NCBI GenBank assembly: GCA_050943615.1
Contig: JBMNPN010000001.1
Location: 33,825 to 97,824 of the forward strand
DNA length: 64,000 bases
Direction: 5' to 3'
Source: Coriobacteriales bacterium
Lineage (GTDB): Bacteria > Actinomycetota > Coriobacteriia > Coriobacteriales > QAMH01
Positions 58,247 to 64,000 of this stretch are shown piece by piece (within the stretch, counting starts at the first letter, position 1; every line of letters begins with the position of its first letter). The translations under genes were made by a program, and so were the position numbers. The notes beneath the pieces are model-generated. The model made no database searches. It saw only the letters and a program-made list of their open reading frames with translations, and was not told where the DNA came from.

Positions 58247-60286
58247 ATGACTGCAGCTGTGGGCGCGGCGATTATCGTCCTGCTCTTCATCGCGGCTATA
58301 TGCCTGCTCGTGCTCGTCGTGCGCTCGGGCAACAAAAAGTCCTCGCGCATCTCTCTGAACAAGCGTAGCGCCAAGGACCTTCCTACCGGCGTCGAATCGC
58401 TTTCCGGCTCGGAAGGCGAAGGGGGCACGATGGTCCGTCGCCGCTCCTTCATCACCATGGGCATCATCGGCACGGCGCTGGGTGTTCTGGCTGTCAAGCT
58501 CTGGTCCATGCAGGTGATCTCGGGCAGTTCCTATTCGGCCAAGGCAGACGCCAACCGCATCACCGAGTACACGACCATCGCTCCCCGTGGCCGCATCTTC
58601 GACCGCAACGGCGTCGAACTGGTGGGCAATCGATCGACCTTTGCCGTGCTCGCCAATTCCGAGGTCCAGGACAATCGCGAGGTCGTGAACCGCCTTTCCA
58701 ACGTGCTCGGCATCCCGCGCCAGACCGTGCAGCAGCTTGCCGAGTCCGAATCAGAGGGCGCGCAGGCAGACCGCGTCATCGCCCTGGACGTTGACGAGCG
58801 TGCCGTCGCCTATATCTCGGAGCACCCGAGCGCCTTTCCGGGGGTGAGCATCGAGGGGCGCACCGTGCGCACCTATCCCAAGGGGACGCTCGCCGCCCAC
58901 GTGCTCGGATACACGGGCACCATTTCCGAGTCCGAGCTCGCGAACCAGAGCAACGGCATTTCCTACGAATCGGGTGATATCGTCGGCAAGGACGGCGCCG
59001 AGCAGGCTTTCGAGGCCTATCTGCAGGGCGATCGCGGCGTCAAGCGCGTGGAGATCAACGCGGCGGGCGAAGTCGTCTCCACCGTCGATTCCATCGATCC
59101 GGTACAGGGAAACGATATCCGCCTCACAATCGATGCCAAGGTTCAGAAAGTCGCCGAGGATGCCCTCAAGAGGGCGTTTTCCGATGCCCACAAAGCGGGC
59201 TACCCCAATGCTTCTGCTGGCGCGATTGTCTGCATGAACGCAAAAACCGGCGAGATCATCGCCATGGCGTCGTATCCTACCTACAACCCCGCCGAATTCG
59301 TCAACGGCATCTCGTCGGATACCTGGGAGGAGATGACCGCCGAGGACTCCGGCTATCCGCTCTCCAACCGCTGCATCGCAGGCCAGTACCCAGCCGCCTC
59401 GACCTTCAAGGGGTTCACCGGCCTTGCGGGCCTGCAATACGGCTTTGCCACGACCAGCAGCGTCTGGGACTGCAAGGGGACGTGGACGGGGTTTGGCAAG
59501 AAGTGGCCGCAGAAGTGCTGGAACACGAGCGGACACGGGCTCATCAACTTCCACAACGGCATCGTGGAGTCCTGCGACGTCGTCTTCTACGAGATCGCGA
59601 AGCGCTTCTACAACTACGACAAGAACGAGACCGCGCTCCAGGACTACCTCAAGAGCTGGGGCTTTGGCTCCAAGACTGGAATCGAGCTTTCCGGAGAGGC
59701 TGAAGGCCGCGTGCCGACGCCCGAGTGGAAGAAGAAGTACAACCGCGATGCCCCGGAAAGCCAGGCGTGGCTGCCCGGCGACCTCTCGAACCTCATCATC
59801 GGCCAGGGAGACCTGCTCGTGACACCGTTGCAGATCTGCTGCGGGTACGCGGGGCTTGCGACGGGCAAGGTTCCCAAGCCCGTGCTGCTCCACTCCGTGC
59901 TCTCGAGCGATGACCAGAGCGTCGTCGTCGATGGCGCGACGTACCGTGGAAACGTGGTCAACCCGGATTTCACCCAGAAGAACATCAAGATCATGCGCAG
60001 TGGCTTTCGCGGCGTCGTGGCCGATGGCTCGGTCAAGAGCATCTTCTCGGGCCTCGGCGTGAAGATCTCGGGAAAGACCGGTACCGCCGAGGTCGCCGGC
60101 AAGGACAACTATGGCTGGTTCGTGGGCTATGGACCGAGCGACGACCCCGAGTACGTCTGCGCATGCTGCATCGAGGAGGGCGGAGCCGGCGCGACCTGCG
60201 CTGCCCCCGCTGTTCGCTCGGTGCTCGCCAAAGCGCTCGGAAAGAGCTCGCAGCACGTTTCCGGCTCGACGACCTCGGAGCGCTGA
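58247..60286 (+). CDS. mrdA: penicillin-binding protein 2 (elongation transpeptidase)
   Basis: PRGRIFDRNG, STFK, SGH, KTGTAE motifs. An alternative internal start at 58430 also has an SD. Confidence 0.85.
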   Translation: MTAAVGAAIIVLLFIAAICLLVLVVRSGNKKSSRISLNKRSAKDLPTGVESLSGSEGEGGTMVRRRSFITMGIIGTALGVLAVKLWSMQVISGSSYSAKADANRITEYTTIAPRGRIFDRNGVELVGNRSTFAVLANSEVQDNREVVNRLSNVLGIPRQTVQQLAESESEGAQADRVIALDVDERAVAYISEHPSAFPGVSIEGRTVRTYPKGTLAAHVLGYTGTISESELANQSNGISYESGDIVGKDGAEQAFEAYLQGDRGVKRVEINAAGEVVSTVDSIDPVQGNDIRLTIDAKVQKVAEDALKRAFSDAHKAGYPNASAGAIVCMNAKTGEIIAMASYPTYNPAEFVNGISSDTWEEMTAEDSGYPLSNRCIAGQYPAASTFKGFTGLAGLQYGFATTSSVWDCKGTWTGFGKKWPQKCWNTSGHGLINFHNGIVESCDVVFYEIAKRFYNYDKNETALQDYLKSWGFGSKTGIELSGEAEGRVPTPEWKKKYNRDAPESQAWLPGDLSNLIIGQGDLLVTPLQICCGYAGLATGKVPKPVLLHSVLSSDDQSVVVDGATYRGNVVNPDFTQKNIKIMRSGFRGVVADGSVKSIFSGLGVKISGKTGTAEVAGKDNYGWFVGYGPSDDPEYVCACCIEEGGAGATCAAPAVRSVLAKALGKSSQHVSGSTTSER

Positions 60287-60292
60287 TCGAAG

Positions 60293-61525
60293 ATGCCCGC
60301 ACTCACGTTCAAACGACAGCCGGCCGTGCACCTGCGCAGCGGAGAGAAGAAGGTCCGCAGCACCGGCAACTCGCGTATCAACATGTCCCTGCTCATCGTC
60401 GTCGTGCTGCTCACCATCTGCGGTCTCGTGACCGTGTACTCGGCAACGCTGACCGACTCCGACTACTCGTTCTGGCGCCAGGTCGCTGGCGTTGGGGCCG
60501 GTGTCGTGATCATGGTGCTCGTCTTCATCTTCGACTATCGCAGGTTCTCAGATTGGCTCGTCCCACTCATCATCCTCGACGTCGTGCTGATCCTGCTCCC
60601 GGCACTGCCGGGCATTGGCATGGAAGTGAACGGCGCACGGTCCTGGGTCAAGCTCGGACCGGTGCAGTTCCAGCCCTCTGAGTTCGCCAAGCCCGTCACC
60701 ATCCTGATGATGGCCGCCGCAGTCGCGCGCTACAAGGGCAACCTCTCGGGCGGGCTCGACTACCTCAAGATGCTGGGCCTGCTCTTCATCCCGTTCGTGC
60801 TGCTCGTGCGCGAGGACCTCGGCTCGGCGCTCGTGATCCTCATGATTGGCTTCTTCGTCCTGTTCGTGGGAGGCACGGCACGGCGCTGGATCATCGTCAC
60901 CATCATGGGGCTTGCTCTCGCGGTTGCCGCCGTGTTCGGGCTCAATGCCCTGATCAGCGATTGGACGGGCGGGGAAACGCAGATCATCAAGTCCTACCAG
61001 ATGAGCCGCCTGATGGTCTTTCTGGACCCGAACAATGCCGATTACGCCGATGATGCCTACAACTTGAACCAGGCCGAGATCGCCGTCGGAAGCGGCGAGA
61101 TCTTCGGGAAGGGCTTTGGCAATGCGACGCAGTCCTCCGGCGGCTTTCTGCCCGAATCGGCGACCGACTTCATCTTCTGCGTCTTTGCCGAGCAGTTCGG
61201 GTTTGCCGGCTGCTTTATCTTGCTTGCGCTCTACCTCGCCCTCATGGCGGTTGCGCTCAATATCGGGCTGAAGTCGTCGGATCTGTTCGGAACGCTCATC
61301 AGTGCGGGTATCATTGGCATGTGGCTGTTCCAGGTGCTCGAGAATATCGGCATGGACCTCGGGTTGATGCCCATTACCGGTATTCCGCTTCCGTTCATGA
61401 GCTATGGCTCGTCGTTCATGCTCACGAACTTCTTCTGTGTGGGATTGCTTTTGTCCATCTGGGCACGTCGAGGCGACATCGGCGCGCGCAGGGGCAAGGG
61501 AAGGGGTGTACGACTCAATGTCTGA
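60293..61525 (+). CDS. rodA: SEDS peptidoglycan polymerase RodA
   Basis: FQPSEFAKP, TDFIF, PLPFMSYGSS motifs. Confidence 0.9.
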   Translation: MPALTFKRQPAVHLRSGEKKVRSTGNSRINMSLLIVVVLLTICGLVTVYSATLTDSDYSFWRQVAGVGAGVVIMVLVFIFDYRRFSDWLVPLIILDVVLILLPALPGIGMEVNGARSWVKLGPVQFQPSEFAKPVTILMMAAAVARYKGNLSGGLDYLKMLGLLFIPFVLLVREDLGSALVILMIGFFVLFVGGTARRWIIVTIMGLALAVAAVFGLNALISDWTGGETQIIKSYQMSRLMVFLDPNNADYADDAYNLNQAEIAVGSGEIFGKGFGNATQSSGGFLPESATDFIFCVFAEQFGFAGCFILLALYLALMAVALNIGLKSSDLFGTLISAGIIGMWLFQVLENIGMDLGLMPITGIPLPFMSYGSSFMLTNFFCVGLLLSIWARRGDIGARRGKGRGVRLNV

Positions 61526-62573
61526 GATGCCGATTGACTTCAAGGGACTGCTGGATTCGGTGGCCAACGTGGGACAGGAGCGCGATGTTCCCGTCTACGT
61601 GGACCTCGTCTTCGACCCGACGGCAAGCGACCGCCTCATCGACGAGGTGCTCGCCGCGTTCTCCGAGAGCGATTCGGAGGCCTTCGTGGAAAAGCTCGTG
61701 CTCGAGACCACGGTTCCCGACCTTCCCGTTCCCTGCGACCTGTGCGTGATCGTGGGCGGGGATTCGCTGCTTTTGGGCGACGTCGCCGCCGCAGCGCGCT
61801 CCAAGGGCATCCCCGCCGTCGTCGCCATCGAGCGCGGCAAGACCTACTTTTCGCATGACCCCAAGGCCGCCCAGGCCTTCGTGGATGCGACGATCGCCGC
61901 AAACGAGACGCCGCGCGTCAAGACCGCGGCGGGCACGGCGAGCGCGCAGATGCAGACCGTCGGTAGGGGCATTCCCGTCGACGACATCATCGACATCGAC
62001 CTCAACGCCATCGAGGACCGTCCGCTCGAGGAGCTCGGCGAATGGATCGTCTCCAACGCCCCGGCAAAGCGCATCGCGATGGCGGCGGACTTCCCCTTCC
62101 TGCGCCATCCGCTCGCTGCCGATATCATCCGCCGTGCGACGATCCAGAACGGCGCGGTGAGCGTCGTCTTCTTCGTGCCGGGCGCCGACATGCCCGTCAT
62201 CACGCTCAACCAGGTCAAGATGGCGCTGCAGATCGCCGCGGCCTACGGAAACCCCATGGGAAGCGCGCGCATCAAGGAAGTCGCCGCGATCGTCGCGGGC
62301 GGCTTTGGCTTCAGGGGCATCGCCCGCAAGCTCGTCTCGCTCGTGCCGGTGCTGAGCTGGGCGATCAAGCCTGCCGTATCCGCATCGGGCACCTTTGCCA
62401 TGGGACAGGCGGCCATCGGCTATTACGAAGGTGGGCTCAAGCAGGGCGACCTTGCCCATGCCGGTTCCAACGCCGTGCAGATTGCAAGCGACGGCATCGA
62501 CAAGACGGCCGAGGTCGTGGAAAAGGTCTTCGACGGGTTCCTCGCGCACCGTCCGCGCAAGAAAGCGTACTAG
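61518..62573 (+). CDS. hypothetical protein (DUF697-like hydrophobic C-terminal half)
   Basis: ATG overlaps the rodA end by 8 nt, after GGGAAGGGG. C-terminal region VVFFVPGADMPVITLNQVKMALQIAAAYG... Confidence 0.55.
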   Translation: MSEMPIDFKGLLDSVANVGQERDVPVYVDLVFDPTASDRLIDEVLAAFSESDSEAFVEKLVLETTVPDLPVPCDLCVIVGGDSLLLGDVAAAARSKGIPAVVAIERGKTYFSHDPKAAQAFVDATIAANETPRVKTAAGTASAQMQTVGRGIPVDDIIDIDLNAIEDRPLEELGEWIVSNAPAKRIAMAADFPFLRHPLAADIIRRATIQNGAVSVVFFVPGADMPVITLNQVKMALQIAAAYGNPMGSARIKEVAAIVAGGFGFRGIARKLVSLVPVLSWAIKPAVSASGTFAMGQAAIGYYEGGLKQGDLAHAGSNAVQIASDGIDKTAEVVEKVFDGFLAHRPRKKAY

Positions 62574-62628
62574 CAACTCCGTTCTCAACATGCCCGGATT
62601 TTGCGGGCTCTTATGATAGGGAAGGTCC

Positions 62629-64000
62629 ATGTCAGCTTCTGATGGGTTCCAGGTGAACCACGGCCTCTGGGAGCGCTTTGCCCCGCTGCTCTCGAGCGTC
62701 GAGAAACCGTCGCGCTACCTCGGGCAGGAGTGGGGGAGCGTCGAGCCCTCCGATAAGCCGGACGCCGACTACCACGCCGTCGTCATCTATCCCGACACCT
62801 ACGAGATCGGGCAGGCCAACCAGGCACTCGCCATCCTCTACGACGAGCTCAACCGCGACGAGCGCATCTACTGCGAGCGCGCGTTTCTGCCGTGGGTCGA
62901 CCTGAGCGCCCTCATGCGGGAGCAGGGGCTGCCGTTGGCATCCCTCGAGAGCTTCACGCCGCTTTCGGACTTCGACTTCGTCGGCATCACGCTGCCCCAC
63001 GAGCTTGCCGCGACCAACGTGCTCGAGGTGCTCGACCTGGGCGGCATCCCGCTGCATGCAGACGAGCGCGGACAGGACGACCCGCTCGTCTTCGCCGGCG
63101 GGCCGTGCGCCTTCAATCCCGAGCCCTTCGCGCCGTTCTTCGACGCGATTTTCATCGGGGCAGGCGAAAGCGCAGACCGAGAGGTGGCGCTGCTGCACCG
63201 CACGCTCAAGGGCCAGGGCGCGACGCGCGCGGAAATCCTGCACGAGCTCTCCCAGGTCGAGGGGCTCTACGTCCCGAGCCTCTATTCGCCGAGCGAGCAC
63301 GTTGCCACCGGTGCTGGCGCCGATGCGCCTGTCTACCAGACGGTCGCGCCGATAGAGGAAGACGTTCCCGCCGTGGTCGTGAAACGGCTGGCCTCCGATT
63401 TTGCGGCGACCAACCCGCTCCCGCGCCCCGTGGTCCCGTACTGCGAGCTCGTCCATGACCGCCTGTCCATCGAGATCCTGCGCGGCTGCAATCGCGGCTG
63501 CCGGTTCTGCCAGGCGGGCATGATCTATCGGCCGGTGCGCGAGCGCTCGGCCGACAGCGTGATAGCCGCCGTGGCCCAGGGCCTTGCCTGCACGGGCTAC
63601 GACGAGGTCTCGCTCACCTCGCTTTCCTCCACGGACCACTCCAACATCGCGAACATGCTCAGGCGCCTGGACCGCCGTTTCGAGGGGACGGGCAAGAGCG
63701 TGAGCCTGCCCAGCCAGCGCGTCGATGCCTTTGGCATCGAGCTCGCCCGTCTCGTGGCAGGCGAGAAGAAGGGCGGCATCACGCTCGCTCCCGAGGCGGG
63801 AACGCAACGCCTGCGCGACATCATCAACAAGGGCGTCACCGAAAAGGATCTCTTCACGGCCGTGACCAGTGCCTTCGAGGCAGGATGGCGCCGTCTCAAG
63901 CTCTACTTCATGATCGGGTTGCCCGGCGAGACGGACGAGGACGTCGCCGGCATCGGGGATTTGTGCCGCAGAGTCTATGCGGCGGCCAAGGACTCCGTTC
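62629..64000 (+). CDS. B12-binding-like/radical SAM family protein (3' end outside window)
   Basis: Not in the ORF track because it is open at the window end. My translation from ATG 62629 gives MSASDGFQVNHGLWERF...EILRGCNRGCRFCQAG (C-x3-C-x2-C). Confidence 0.8.
   Translation, partial: MSASDGFQVNHGLWERFAPLLSSVEKPSRYLGQEWGSVEPSDKPDADYHAVVIYPDTYEIGQANQALAILYDELNRDERIYCERAFLPWVDLSALMREQGLPLASLESFTPLSDFDFVGITLPHELAATNVLEVLDLGGIPLHADERGQDDPLVFAGGPCAFNPEPFAPFFDAIFIGAGESADREVALLHRTLKGQGATRAEILHELSQVEGLYVPSLYSPSEHVATGAGADAPVYQTVAPIEEDVPAVVVKRLASDFAATNPLPRPVVPYCELVHDRLSIEILRGCNRGCRFCQAGMIYRPVRERSADSVIAAVAQGLACTGYDEVSLTSLSSTDHSNIANMLRRLDRRFEGTGKSVSLPSQRVDAFGIELARLVAGEKKGGITLAPEAGTQRLRDIINKGVTEKDLFTAVTSAFEAGWRRLKLYFMIGLPGETDEDVAGIGDLCRRVYAAAKDSV

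Overview
GC-rich actinobacterial-type chromosome segment. Gene content fits Coriobacteriia/Eggerthellaceae best, which is an inference from polytopic-membrane LuxR regulators, Tat-dependent proteins and molybdopterin enzymes; no search was possible. The window is mostly conserved core flanking two accessory blocks. Core, left: 3' part of an AddA/UvrD-type helicase-nuclease, a MATE pump, dinB, tRNA-Leu(TAG), tig-clpP-clpX, valS, an MFS pump, larB. Core, right: class A PBP, an L,D-transpeptidase with ChW repeats, a BspA-type LRR protein, an OmpR/HK two-component pair, ferredoxin, a RumA-type methyltransferase, tRNA-Arg(CCG), cyclophilin, a TPR protein, ndk, then mreB-mreC-mreD-mrdA-rodA followed by a hypothetical gene and a 3'-truncated radical-SAM gene. 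Accessory block 1 (15.9-25.9 kb) is a cell-envelope glycan locus: rfbG, rfbH, a 627-aa membrane protein, GT2, GT4, GT2, LicD, Wzx. Accessory block 2 (34.5-42.7 kb) is a second glycan-modification set: a TIM-barrel protein, an ALS-like TPP enzyme, an SDR, a polyprenyl-phosphate GT2 and a PMT/ArnT-like GT-C. Between the two blocks (26.0-34.4 kb) lies the most unusual part, a regulator-dense island. It holds two tandem lactonase-like beta-propeller paralogs, one a Tat lipoprotein and one cytoplasmic, divergent from a membrane LuxR. It also holds a LysR regulator divergent from a signal-less two-subunit molybdopterin enzyme with a non-canonical N-terminal Cys motif. I propose this island as a candidate undescribed small-molecule transformation system. 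No CRISPR array, rRNA, transposase, integrase or recognisable phage-defence gene was seen. Many long ORFs in the supplied track are antisense or alternate-frame artefacts of the high GC content, and several track starts were moved to internal starts with Shine-Dalgarno support. All family assignments come from motif recognition by eye and need HMM/BLAST confirmation.
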